Shown here: piece after piece, positions 13,195 through 25,853 of the stretch
Position numbering within the stretch: the first letter of the stretch is position 1
How the letters are laid out: every line of letters begins with the position of its first letter
Assembly: GCF_006345805.1 (NCBI RefSeq)
Contig: NC_042997.1
Span: forward strand, 140,864,001 to 140,928,000
DNA: 64,000 nt
Origin: Octopus sinensis
Taxonomy: Eukaryota
Direction: 5' to 3'
The notes under the pieces: model-generated
Database searches by the model: none
The model's input: the letters and a program-made list of their open reading frames with translations, nothing else
Told to the model about the DNA's origin: nothing
Translations under genes and position numbers: made by a program

Positions 13195-14228
13195 CATCAA
13201 CAGCAACAACATCAACACCACCACTATCATCACCACCACACATACACTCCTAGAAAACACACACTCAAAATCCTGTAATGAGAATTTCCAGAGGACAAGG
13301 TGTGAGGTGGGGGTGGGGGTGGCGATTTAATTGACAGTACATTCCTCACAAATAATTGACTTTGTTGTTTTGTTAGTTATCAATATTGTCTCATGTGATG
13401 CTGTAGGAAATGGCTAAGTAGATTGGGACATCTAAATATTGGAGTGTTTAGATTTTTTAAAGTGACAATATTGGAGTTGATTTGTCCCTACAGCTGTGGA
13501 AGAAATCATCAAGGCTGATGTTTACGGCTATATTTTGGAATGAGCAGAGACACTGTTGGATTATGAGGACAGTTTAGTTCTGCCTTGTTGAAGGCATAGT
13601 AACCTCTTTGGTGTTGGTGCTTTGATAAAATGTACCTAGTACACTGTGTAAAGTGGTTGGCAAGTGAACGGAGATATTGTAGGGTAGACAGGAGTCTTTG
13701 AACTGATTGAAGACATAACAACTTCTCTGGTACTGGTGCCATCATATAACAAGCACTCAGTACACTCTGTAAAGTGGTTGATGTTAGGAAGAGTATTTGG
13801 GCTTCGGGAACCATGTCAATATAAATTATACAAGTGAGTTATGGCCTCTGAACACACTTAGGAGAGCAGTAACCAAATAAGTACTAACTTGAAATATGAG
13901 GATCTCTCCAACTCATACCAGCAAGGAATGTGAACATAAAATAATGATAATGGAGTTGAGGTTTTACTTTTAATTTGAGGCCAGACATTTGTAGAGAATG
14001 GTGCCGCTTACATGTGTTCACCTGAGATTTGGGGTAGGATTAAGTACAAAAATGGGTGAGGGGAGATGGGTCAATCAGGAGTGCATGAGTGGGGTGGTGG
14101 TGGCAAAAGACCAGCCAGTTCTACAGAGAAGAGTTCATTGTAATGATGGTAGAAGAGGTAGGGGGGTTTGTTCTTGTTTTTGCTTTATATTTTTGCTGTT
14201 TGCTTTATGAATCTATTTATTTTCATAG

Positions 14229-14369
14229 ATTGTTAGACGTTTGGTGGCGTTGTTACCAGATGGCTATCAAATAAAACGAGAAGTAGATTTCGTACTTGAT
14301 AGTCTATTTGAAATGATGAGTACAACACACTTTCACATGAGGGAGATGATACTGGCCACATACAATCTG
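14229..14369 (+). CDS. PALD1: Paladin homologue exon: IVRRLVALLPDGYQIKREVDFVLDSLFEMMSTTHFHMREMILATYNL
   Basis: tttcatAG acceptor, GTAAGT donor, 141 nt. Strong match to the paladin LLPDGH..KKEVD..LD...HYHLREII motif. Confidence 0.92.
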
Positions 14370-14535
14370 GTAAGTACTTACTGTATCATATATAAAAATT
14401 AAGTGTGCAGTGAAAAACTGATATGAATACAGAAGTTATGAACCTGCTCTGTATATGTGTGTATGTTCAGTACCTTATATAAAGTTGGTGATTCTGGTTC
14501 TGATTGTAGTTATGTCTCGGTTTTATTTGTTTTAG

Positions 14536-14688
14536 GCACGGAAAACTTCGGATGCAGAAACAAAGAAAAATTTTTACTGCCAAAGTATTTTATTACTTGA
14601 ACGCTACATATATTTGATTCTCTTCAACTCTTACTTGAACTTAGAGAAAAACCCACAACAGAAATCTTTTTGTCAATGGATGAATACT
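14536..14688 (+). CDS. PALD1: Paladin homologue exon: ARKTSDAETKKNFYCQSILLLERYIYLILFNSYLNLEKNPQQKSFCQWMNT
   Basis: ttgttttAG acceptor, GTAAGT donor, 153 nt. LERY.YLILFN.YL..E...F..W is characteristic of paladin. Confidence 0.92.
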
Positions 14689-16091
14689 GTAAGTATAACA
14701 TTTTGGATTGTTCCAGTCTAGTATTCTTAGTAATTTCAATCATTAGTGCTTATGTCACATAAGAAGCACTAGTGTTGGTGCCACATAAAAAGCATTGATG
14801 CTTGTTCAACATAAAAAGCATTAGTGCTGGTTCCATGCAAAAAGCATTGGTGATAGAGTGATGTAAAAAGCATCCACTACTCTCTGCAAAGTGGTTGGCA
14901 TTAGGAAAGACATCCAGCTGTAGAAACCAAGCCAAAACCAACTATGGAACCTGGTGTGGCCCCTGGTCTTGCCAGCACCTATCAAGCTGTTCAGCCCATG
15001 CCAGCATGGAAAACATTAAATGATGATGATGATGATGAGTTTTGTTTTATTCTTATTTTTTAGTCAGGTGGGAAGGTAGCATCTGTGACACTTTACAGGC
15101 CCTCTGAGATTGGTGGGGGCAGGGGGGAAGGAAGTTATCCTCAAACTGGAGGCCCTCCCTGAATGTTTGTAACAAAGTAGGTTTTTTCCCCAAAAGACAT
15201 CCAGGGCCAGGTGGTGGTGGTGGTGGTGGTGTTAAACTGGATGCCTTTAGTGGAAAAACCCACTTTGGATGTAAGTAGAATTTCAGTCTGGGTTTGTTAG
15301 AAAGTTACCATTTTAGTTAACTAAAACCCAGTGTCTGAAGAATTTAGTGTTGACCTGCAATGAAAAACTCAGTTAAATTATATAACAAGATTCACAAATA
15401 TGAAGTTTATATACAGTGGGTGGAGATGTGAAGTCTATGTTTTGGGTAGAGCCCTGCTAAGGAGAGAAATATTTCCTATGGAGACAATTCCTACTTGATA
15501 TATTTAAATTCATGTCTCTACTAGAACTTTTAAATTCATTCATGTGAGCCAATGAAAGAACTTTTACATGGTTACTTGATTTGTGAGAAATAGCCTTGTT
15601 CTGTATCAGATGTCACCGTATCAATTTAGAAAAAGAAGGCTTTATTGGATAATGTAGGCCTGGAACCAAGATGGGATGGTTCTATAGCTGGAATGCTTTT
15701 GAATGTAGGGCCGTTCAACTGGGTTAACCCTTTAGCTTTCAGATTACTCTGTCAAATCTTATGCTTATTTATTCACATTGATATAAATTAGTCGAGCATT
15801 ACTTTGTAGTTTTCAGATTTCAATGACTTGATTGCTTATTTTTAGAATGGCATTGTAGGATGAGTGTGAGAGGCTAGATCTAACCAGTTTGAAGATAAAA
15901 CAGGTTGATTACTTTGGTCAGATATGGTTGGTTGAAATGCTAAAAGGATTAAATAATGATAACATTTATGTTTATAAACCTTACCATCTATATTACACTG
16001 TGCACCACATTTTAATAATTTCTAAAAGTGAATTTTAAAAAATGCAATCTTTATATTCTTCTTCTTTTTTACTTCTCTTTCGTCTTATCAG

Positions 16092-16229
16092 GATGCTCAA
16101 CTAGTTGGTGTTCATGATATTTTGAATAATCTACATATTTCTGAGACAGAGTTTGGTCACATCAAAATAAACACCCTGCGTGATCGGTGGCGCTATTTGA
16201 ATGAACGTAAGACTGGAGACATTTTATAA
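16092..16229 (+). CDS. PALD1: Paladin homologue, probable terminal exon: DAQLVGVHDILNNLHISETEFGHIKINTLRDRWRYLNERKTGDIL*
   Basis: cttatcAG acceptor, TAA at 16227-16229. ILN.L...LR.RW matches the last paladin exon. A possible alternative donor (GTAAGA) lies at 16207. Confidence 0.8.
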   Translation, partial: DAQLVGVHDILNNLHISETEFGHIKINTLRDRWRYLNERKTGDIL

Positions 16230-16816
16230 GAAAATTTCCTAGAGGACATTTTAAAATTTCAGTTATTTTTTTTTTTCATTAAAACTATTAATTACATGCA
16301 GATATTTGCACTGTCTTACACTTCTTAAAACGAACCAAATATTTCTTTTCCACACGCTTTTTTTTTGTTGTAAATGACATTCATCTTAAATAGACATCTT
16401 TGGATCCCCCCCCCCCCCCAAAAAAAAAACCCGACAGTATTATTGCTTCAAAAAAAAAAGGAAAAAAACAAAATATCAAAAGATAAAGAAAGCTGTCATG
16501 ATGAACTTGTTACTTTGTCTATTCTGTATACTTATATTTTTAAATTTTGTACTTGGTGTGTCAGAACCATTGAAATGTCTATACAATGACACTGGAGTGG
16601 TTATCTAATGCTCTCATTCATCTTCACTATGTCTATGGATATACGATGATATATATGGTTATGTGTGTACATGACATGTCAATAGGCAGACTGTCAGGTA
16701 TGTAGATAGATAGGTAGACAGGTGAATGGGAATGATGTGTCATTGTGCTCACTTGCATAAATTAAAAAGTCACATCATTTACTTGAGTATATCTTTATGT
16801 CTTTGTTATGTCTGCC

Positions 16817-16851
<35 letters not shown>

Positions 16852-17320
16852 ATGTATGTATGTATGTATGTGTGTATGTATGTATGTATGTATGTATGTA
16901 TCTATCTATCTATTCTGGAGTATTGACAATTCAGTGCATAGACAATTAAGTTCATGTAATGTATGTAATTTATTATTACATTATATTGGTGTTGGTTGTA
17001 TATCTAAAATACATGGCCATGCAACCTACAAACACAGCAGTCATAGAATAGCTTAATTGTATATAAACAAAAAACATACATATACATGAAACAAACACCA
17101 GCAAAAAAATCATAAATATATATATATATACATGCCCTTACAAAACGGTAACTATACCTTTTGAATCTCCTATGAAAATTTAACTAACTACTGGTTCAAA
17201 GAAGTTACTATGTATTTATTGCTTTTTATCTTTACATGCTTTTTAAATAATTGAAATTTTTCCTCTTATTTTTTTTCATCCCAAAAATAACCTTTACCTA
17301 AGTTCAATAAGATGCCCTCC

Positions 17321-17421
17321 GCTGAATTGTCTATGCACTGAATTGTCTATGCGCTGAATTAACTAGTGCTGAATTGTCGGTGCTGAATTGTCAGAGCTAA
17401 ATTGTCAGGTGCTGAATTGTC
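17321..17421. repeat. Seven copies of GCTGAATTGTC at 14-16 bp spacing
   Basis: Direct reading. Confidence 0.85.
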
Positions 17422-18957
17422 ACGTCATGATCTATGCCTCTATTTACCTATCTACTAAGCTTGTAACCAAGCTATCTATTTATCTCTCTATCTATCTATC
17501 TATTTACCTTCCTAACTATGCAGAAGCCTGTTTATCTATTTGTCTATTTGTGGTGTTAACTGAAACACAAATAATATCTGGTCAGACACAAAGAAATATT
17601 GATCATAAACTTGCACAATATCACAATTATACATGCTATAAAATACATACATACCTTTATACACCTTCACAAAAATTAAACAGGTGCTATCTATTAATTA
17701 AAAAAAAGAATCAAATGAAAAGTGGTAAATAATAACTAAATCTCAATTTAAATCCCAAGTTTTACCTTCAAACAAATAGTGAAGACTTTACATAGATACA
17801 GAAAAGCTGAACTTTGTGAAGAATTGAGGCAGTTAAAATAGGGTCAACTTCTTAATTAAATGGTTGGAAGTAAAAACAAGGCCCTATAAAATGAATTATG
17901 TAAAATGGATGTAAAATAGACAAAACAAATTCCATTCCTTCGTTTTCATTTCATTTGCTATAATTTCATATTCAGATAAAACACATTTCTCATCAGAAAA
18001 TGATCTGTTTAAAAACCTTGTTGCTTGTTCTTTTACAAAAGAATTATGTTGTTATTTCTTTTAGTCTAAGTTTCAGATTAAAAACTTGACCACAATTTTT
18101 GTTTAGAAAACAAAAAACTTGTTTTTATATAAAGAACAAAAATTCCAAAATTGAAACTCAGATTTGTGGCATAGTTTAAATGAATACTCAATGTGAGGTT
18201 ATTCAGCTTATTAATTGATATAAAGTTAATCAGAGCACACACCACATATAAAGGATTTGAACTCCATGAGACATAGACTGGTAACCCAATATTTTATACT
18301 GTGTTCCTTTCACTTCTATCATTAAATGGGAAGAATTTCAGAAAGAAAATGTTTTGTTTGCTGAATTCTTTCAAAAGGAACAGTTGGTTTTGCCTAGCTC
18401 CAGAGTTCCAGGCAGTGTGTGTGACCGAAAAGACCCAATCATGCTGAAACAGTAATATCTCACAGTCCACTGATGGCACTGAAGCTAGTGTATTATTTAC
18501 ATATACTCTCTATAGGGAGAAGTTATTCTCCAAGGATGAAATACAACAGCAAAAAAGTTATGTTTACATTCACATTTGCTGGTATTTGTTAAGAGTGGAT
18601 GCACGCATAATTGCTTTGATTTTAACTGATTTACATGCTCATAATAACTTAATATCAGCTTGGCAGACTTCAACAAGAATCAACAAATGTTTAGTTTGCT
18701 GAATTCTATAGATAGGAGCAGTTTTTTAAAGTTCTGAGTGATGTTTATCACTGAGGAGGCAAAACATACTGAAACACTTCCGTCTGATGGTCTGCTGGTA
18801 TCATTAGAGTGAGTATGTTGTTTATACCCTGCCTCTAGAGGGGGAAATTGTTCTCTGAAGACAAAATCCAAAACTGAAAAGCTGCATTCATGTTCAATGT
18901 TAAGACTGGATATTCACATCATTATTCTTTTTAATTATATAAATTTGTAAAGTGTAA

Positions 18958-19205
18958 AGCACCATTTGAGCATGGCCGCTGTCAGTACCGCCTGACTGGC
19001 CCTCATGCTGGTGGCACATAAAAGCACCTACTACACTCTTGGAGTGATTAGCATTATGAAGGGCAGCCAGCCGTAGAAACTCTGCCAGATCAAATTGGAG
19101 TCTGGTGCAGCCATCTAGTTCTCCAGACCTCAGTCAAATCGTCCAACCCATGCTAGCATGGAAAGCAGACGTTAAACGATGATAATGATGATGATGATGA
19201 TGATG
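18958..19205 (+). mobile_element. Interspersed repeat family D (GTGCCACGTAAAAAGCACC...GTTAAATGATGATGAT tail)
   Basis: Copies at about 9960-10135, 10430-10780, 14760-15035, 19210-19360 and 25195-25370(-). Confidence 0.8.
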
Positions 19206-20148
19206 TTGTTAGTAGTTGGTATTAGAAAGGGCATCCAGCTGTAGAAACCATGCCAAAACAGACAACTTGAGTTTGATGCAGCCCTCTAGCTTGCTAGCTC
19301 TTGTCAAACTGTCCAACCCATGCCTGCATGGAAAATCGATGTTAAATGATGATGATGACGATATTTAAGGGCACAGATTAAAAAATTTGCATCATAGTCA
19401 TGAAGTTCAAGTTCAATCTCATTAAGAGTCTTTTACTATAACTCTGGGTCAGCCAAAGCCATGTGAGTAAAATTGGGTTGACAGAAACTGTGTGGAAGCC
19501 TGTCAGATTGATTGTACCTGTAATTCAAAAGTACAACTATGTCACACACTGTATCATACTGATTTTGCCTGAGGATTACATTGAGGATATCAGTGTCTAT
19601 GGAATACTCAGCCACCTACATGCTCAAATAATAAGTAGGCAGTTTAGTTGATTGAACAGCAGAAAAATATATTGGATGAGCTTAACTAGCTGACAGTCTA
19701 CATATATTGTCTACTTTGAACTTAATGAGGCTCAGGAAACTGCCAGCGCTTATCTGGATTTTCAAGGCATTTGAGCTGAGAGTACAAGGCTGTTTCCTGA
19801 ATGGAATGCTTGTCCATCATTGGGTTAATCACCAAGTGTAACTGGAACTCATTTTCTCATAAATGTACTGAAGCAACATGAAATGAAGTACCTTGCCCAA
19901 AGACACAATGTACCATCTGTACCATCTCAACCTACAACCTAACAATAAAGAACCCAACACCCTAACCATGTGACCATATGCCTCCACATGCCTTCAACCT
20001 CTATTGATGGAGGGGACAAGAAAGCTGTTTGAGTTTGTCAAGTATTTTTGTTTTTAATAATGAAGAAAAGCCATCTGTTTATGTGTTGAGTTATCTGATT
20101 AATTTGTTCCTATATTTTTTTGTTTTCATTTATTTCAGTTTTTACATT

Positions 20149-20641
20149 TCAGTTTTTATATTTCATCAACAGTCTTAATGATTCGGTCAATGATATGTTC
20201 TCCTTCATTGTTCTTGATACTTGGCAACATACCACAAGTTTGTCAAAAGCCTTGACATTAGAAATCACTGGGGCTTGACTTGAAGAATTCATTGAACTAT
20301 GCAAAAAAAAAAAAAAAAAAGTGAATTTATCTGGCAATCCAGTACACTTATAAGTAAATCACAGTCGTTGACATCTTTCACTTACAGCATCATCAATATT
20401 TTAATATCGAGAAAATAATAAAACAAAACAAAAATCAAACAAAACACTTTTTAACTATAGAAGGTCTAATTACATTTAGAGGAAGGTTTGAAGGAGAATT
20501 AGCAGATGTTATTTACTATGAAATATGGGACAAATGAATGAAATGACCTAGTTGTCTTGGCAATGTGATACTGGTAGTAGTAATTATTGTAATAATTGTG
20601 TCTAACACATGCACAAGGCTAGAAATTTGTGTGGAGGTCAC

Positions 20642-20688
<47 letters not shown>

Positions 20689-23600
20689 CAATAGTGGTAG
20701 TAGTAGTAGTAATATTAATATTAATATTAATATTAATATTGACTTCAAATTTTGGCCCAGTGATCAACTGATACTTATATTATTGACCATGAAAGGATGA
20801 AAAGCAAAGTCAACTTTGGTCGAATTTGAACTCAGAAGACAGATGAAATGCTGATATTTGCCTGGCATGCTAATGATTCTGTCCCACTCACTGCTTTTTG
20901 CCACCTTCATAGGAGCACTCCATCGGTTATGAGGAAGAGGGTCCCAGCTGATACGATCAACGAAACAGCTTGCTCGTGAAATTAATGTGTAAGTGGCTGA
21001 CCACTTCACAGACACGTGTACCCTTAATGTAGTTCTCAGGGAGATTCAGCATGACACAGAGTGTGACAAGGCTGGCCCTTCGAAATACAGGTATTATTCA
21101 TTTTTGCCAGTTGAGTGGACTAGAGCAACGTGAAAGAAAGTGTCTTGCTCATGGACACAATGTGTCGCCAGGAATTGAACTCACGACCTTATGCTTGTGA
21201 GCCGAATGCCCTAACCACTAAGCCATGCACCTTCACAATGACAATAAGAACATTATTATTCCACCATCAACAACGCTAATATTGCTGCCATTGTTGGCTG
21301 TTTCTTATGTTAAAGGAAATATCAGCAAGAAGAAATGCCAATGATATGGATTTGTTTATAGTGGATCTAAACTTGTTAGGAAGTGACACTCACATGATGA
21401 TTTCAGGATCATTCTCTGCAGCATATATAGAATGAGACAGAGACTATCATGTGACGAAATTGTAGCAGACTGCTGTTGACATGGTTGTAGTCTTAAGCAG
21501 TGCTTTTTTTGCCAGTCCAACTGGTGTTGCCTTCCTCTGCTAGTTCAAAAGTTATTCATATCAACTGTTGTTGTTTTCAACATTCACACTCTGCTGTTTG
21601 GTCTTGAAGCAAGTTTGGTTTGGTAATATTTGACCTTAATGGCAGGGTGGTGGTGGTGGTGGCTGACAACTTTGTTTTCAGACTCACTGGATTATGCAAG
21701 CTCTTCACCATGTGTCAAGAAGTGACCATCAGAGGGACTCATTTGATAGAAAAAGGATATAACTTCTATGCATGTTGTAAGGGAAGTACGATGTAAGCAG
21801 AATTACTCCAAAGAAACCACAGAAAGTTTAGAAAAATATTTTTCTTCTTAATTATAGGGAATCATCATCATCATCATCATCATTATCATCATTATCACCA
21901 AAACTTTAGCTTACATGTCATATTACACACATACTGGCACTTCGTCAGTTATGACGAGGGTTCCAATTGATCTGATCAACGGAACAGCCTGCTTATGAAA
22001 TTAACGTGCAAGTGGTTGAGTACTACAGAAACACACGTACTTTTAATGTAGTTCATAAGGAGATTCAGCGTGACACAGAATGTGACAAGACTGGGCCTTT
22101 GATATAGAGGTACAACTCACTTTTTTGCCAGCTGAGTGGACTGGACAAACATGAAATAAAGTGTATTGCCCAAGGACACAGCGCACTGCCAGGAATCAAA
22201 CTCGCAACCTTGCAATCATGTGCATATATGCACATGCTTATATATGTGATGGGATGTGTGTCTATGTCGCTGTAAGGTTCTGTAAGAGCGAATGGTTGAA
22301 GCAAATTCTTGAGAAAATAGCTATGTAGGTGCAGGCATGGCTGTGTAGTTAAGAATCTCGCTTTGCAATCTTGTGGCTACGGATTCAATCCCACTCTGCG
22401 GTTCATTGCGAAAATGTCTTCTGCTATAGCTTCGAGTTGACCAAAGCCTTGCGAGTGAATTTGGTAGATGGAAACTATAGGAACACATTGTGTGCATGAG
22501 TGTGTGTGTGTGTGTGTGTTTTCCCACCACCACTTGACAAATAGTGCTGGTTCATGTACATCTCCGTAACCTAGCAGTTCAGCAAAAGAACTTGACAGAA
22601 TAAGTACCAGCCTTTAAAATAAGGGGTTGGTTTGTTCAACTAATATCTCAGTATGGCTATAGCCTAATGACTGAAAAGAAAGTTAAAAAAAAAACATGTT
22701 CGATTAATGTGAGTTTGAATTTTTGGAAGTGATCAGAACTAAGGAGTCACGCTATATTCTGTAAAATGTTAGCAAAAGTCCAGGAATCGAAATCACAATC
22801 CTGCGATCATGAGTCTAAAACTCTAACCACTAAGCCATGAGCCTCCACTAGCAAAAGCATTTGCTAACCAGAATCTTTTCCTCTCACCGTTACCAACTCT
22901 CTCTCTCTCTCTCTCTCTATCCCCCTCTCTTTATCTCATGCGTACACGTAATGTGCGTACATTCACCCATTAACACATCAAGTTCCTCTTTCCTTTGTGA
23001 CACAAGCAGACCATTGTTATATATTGCCACTCCTTCAATAACTTTGAAATAGAAGAACATCAACCATCGGCAGATCTTTGTTTCAAGTGGATTGGAAGTT
23101 TCCTGTTTTAATAAATGAGGTCACGTTGTTATTGCTGTCCTTGTTCTTGTCATTTACGTTGTTGATGTTTTGTTCCAGTTGTTAATTGATTATTAAAAAA
23201 AAAAAAATTATTCAGAGAAAATGATGTGATTTTTTTTTTCTTCTTTTCCTGGTAATATAATAGTCAGCCGGGCAGGCTGGCGAGCTGGCAGAAACGTTAG
23301 CACGCCGGGCGAAATGCGTAGCCGTATTTCGTCTGCCGTTACATTCTGAGTTCACATTCCGCCGAGGTCGACTTTGCCTTTCATCCTTTTGGAGTAGATT
23401 AAATAAACACCAGTTACGCACTGGGGTCGATATAATCGACTTAATCCTTTTGTCTGTCCTTGTTTGTCCACTCTATGTTTAGCCCCTTGTGGGTAGTAAA
23501 GAAATAGGTGTTTCGTCTGCTGTTGCGTTCTGAGTTCAAGCTCCACTGAGGTCGACTTTGCCTTTCATCCTTTCGGGGTCGATAAATTAAGTACCAGTTA

Positions 23601-25808
23601 CGTACTGGGGTCGATATAATCGACTTAATCCCTTTGTCTGTCCTTGTTTGTCCTCTCTGTGTTTAGCCCCTTGTAGGCAATAAAGAAATGAGAATCGTTA
23701 GCACGCCAGGAAAAATATTTAGCGGCTTCGCGTTCTGAGATCAAATTCTGCCGAAGTCGTCTTTACCTTTTATCCTTTCGAGGTCGATAACATAAGTACC
23801 AGTTGAGCACTGGAGTCGATGTAATCGACTTAGACCCTTCCCGAAATTGCTGGCCTTGTGCTAAAATTTCTAAGCAATATTTTAGTCACATGGGTAGGGC
23901 GATGAGCTTGGAGAATTGTAAGCATACAATGCTAACAATAAGCGTGCTTAGCGACATTTCATCCAAGTTCAAATGCCACCGAGGTCAAATTTGCCTTTCA
24001 TCCTTTCGGGATCAATAAAATACGTGGTCCGATCAATAAGTATCCGGACTGTTGCCATAGTAACGAAAAGTAAAGCACGTAGAATAAAACCGCTTGGGAC
24101 AGATTGATCTTGAACTCTGCTGTGCATGCGCACTAAGGTTTAACGTTCACTTTTGCTGTTTACAGCAATGCTTGGAAGGAAGGTGTGTAGCGTGTGATCG
24201 TCGCATTGACCATGACAGAGAAAGTTGAGAAGCGAATCTACATCAAATTTTGCCAAAATCTTGACGATACCTTCTCAGATGCCTACGCAAAGATTTCAAA
24301 AAAGTTTTCATCATTCTCGACACAATCAAAAAGATTTTGTGCAACTGAAACTCGAGTGTTTTTTGGTCAGCTGAAAGCAGTTTTGGCATAAACTTGGCAG
24401 ACACGCGCCTCATACCCAAATCTTCAGTGATAATGAACTGAACTGAACCTAATCTGCACATAATCTGATAACTCATGGATGGTGATTCGATGATTTCTTC
24501 TCACAGCTGCACTCGCATCTGCGATGTTTTCCTCAGTTCTGCTAGCTAAGGGTCACCCAGAACGTTCGTCACTATCGACATTTTTTCGGCCATGTTGGAA
24601 ATGTCTGAACCACTCGCAGACTTGTGTGCGGCTCACACTTCTCGCCATACATTTTCTGCAACTTTGCGTAGGCCTCTGAGCGGGTATCGTCGTGGCAACT
24701 TTCTCTGTCATGGGCAATGCGACGATCACACGCTACACACCTTCCTTCGAAGCACTGCTGTAAACAGCAGAAGTGAGCTAGAACGTTAAAACTTAGTGCG
24801 CATGTACAGCACAGTTCAAGGTAAATCTGTGCCAAGCGGTTTTACTCTGGATGCTTTAGCTTCGTTACTATAGCAACAGTCTGGATACCTATTGATCAGA
24901 CCTCGTAAGTACGAGTTGAGCACTGAGGTCGATGAAATCGACTAAGCCTCTCACCTGAACTTACTGGCCTCATGCTAAAATTGAAGCCAATACATTTGTC
25001 AAAGGAGTGGAAGGGGCAGTGCCAGGTTCAGATATATGTGGGTAGAATGAATCTCAAGCAAGAACAGCAAATATGATCTGAAAGTTTGCAGCATAAGAAT
25101 AGGGCTTTCCAGCATACTCTGCTTTCACTCTGCTGGGGATGCAATATGGCATTTTAGGGTGGCATAAAAAGGGAAAGTACACCACCACCACCACCATCAT
25201 CATCATTTAATGTCTGTCTTCATGTTGGTTCGAGTTGGATGGCTTGATCTGATGAGTTGGAGGACCGCGTTGTGCTCCAGTGTCTGCTTTTGTATGGTTT
25301 CTACAGCTGGATGCCCTTCCTAATGCCGACCACTTTATAGAGTGTACTAGGTGCTTATTTTCATGGCACCTGTGCTAATGATTTTCAAACTGAAGTTATA
25401 AAAAAAAAAATACAAACAAATTTTGTTCTATTAATTCCAACAAGAACTTTGTCATCACCCAGAACTAAATGTAGCTACTGCTGAGGATGACGACAACGAT
25501 GATAATTTAAGTGCAAGGTCAGAAATTTTAGTGGGAATTGTTAGTTCATTACATTGATCTCAGTGCACAGCTGGTACTTTTTTTTATCAACCCAGAAAAG
25601 ATTAAAGGTAAGGTAAACCTCGGAGGAATTCTGTCAAAAGTTAGGAGTGGCTGTGTAGTAAGTAGCTTGCTTACTAACCACATGGTTCCGGGTTCATTCC
25701 CGCTACGTGGCATCTTGGGCAAGTGCCTTCTACTATAGCCTCGGGCCAACCAAAGCCTTGTGAGTGGATTTGGTAGACAGAAACTGAAAGAAGCCTGTCG
25801 TATATATG

Positions 25809-25853
<45 letters not shown>

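Noticed and set aside
13494-13590. Possible extra paladin exon after a good acceptor (ccctacAG)
   Set aside because: It hits a stop in frame, resembles a mariner fragment (TAIFWN..LLDY), and the flanking exons already join as in vertebrate paladin.
17321-17421. CRISPR-like reading of the short spaced repeats
   Set aside because: Repeats of 11 bp and spacers of 3-5 nt are far too short, the context is eukaryotic, and there are no cas genes.
18398-18447. Alternative terminal paladin exon (PPEFQAVCVTEKTQSC*) via the donor at 16207
   Set aside because: Frame-compatible, but several nearby AGs fit equally well and there is no homology; read-through to TAA 16229 is simpler.
21394-21800. Large minus-strand coding exon
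   Set aside because: Stops in all three frames; only the last 22 nt are retained as a candidate microexon.
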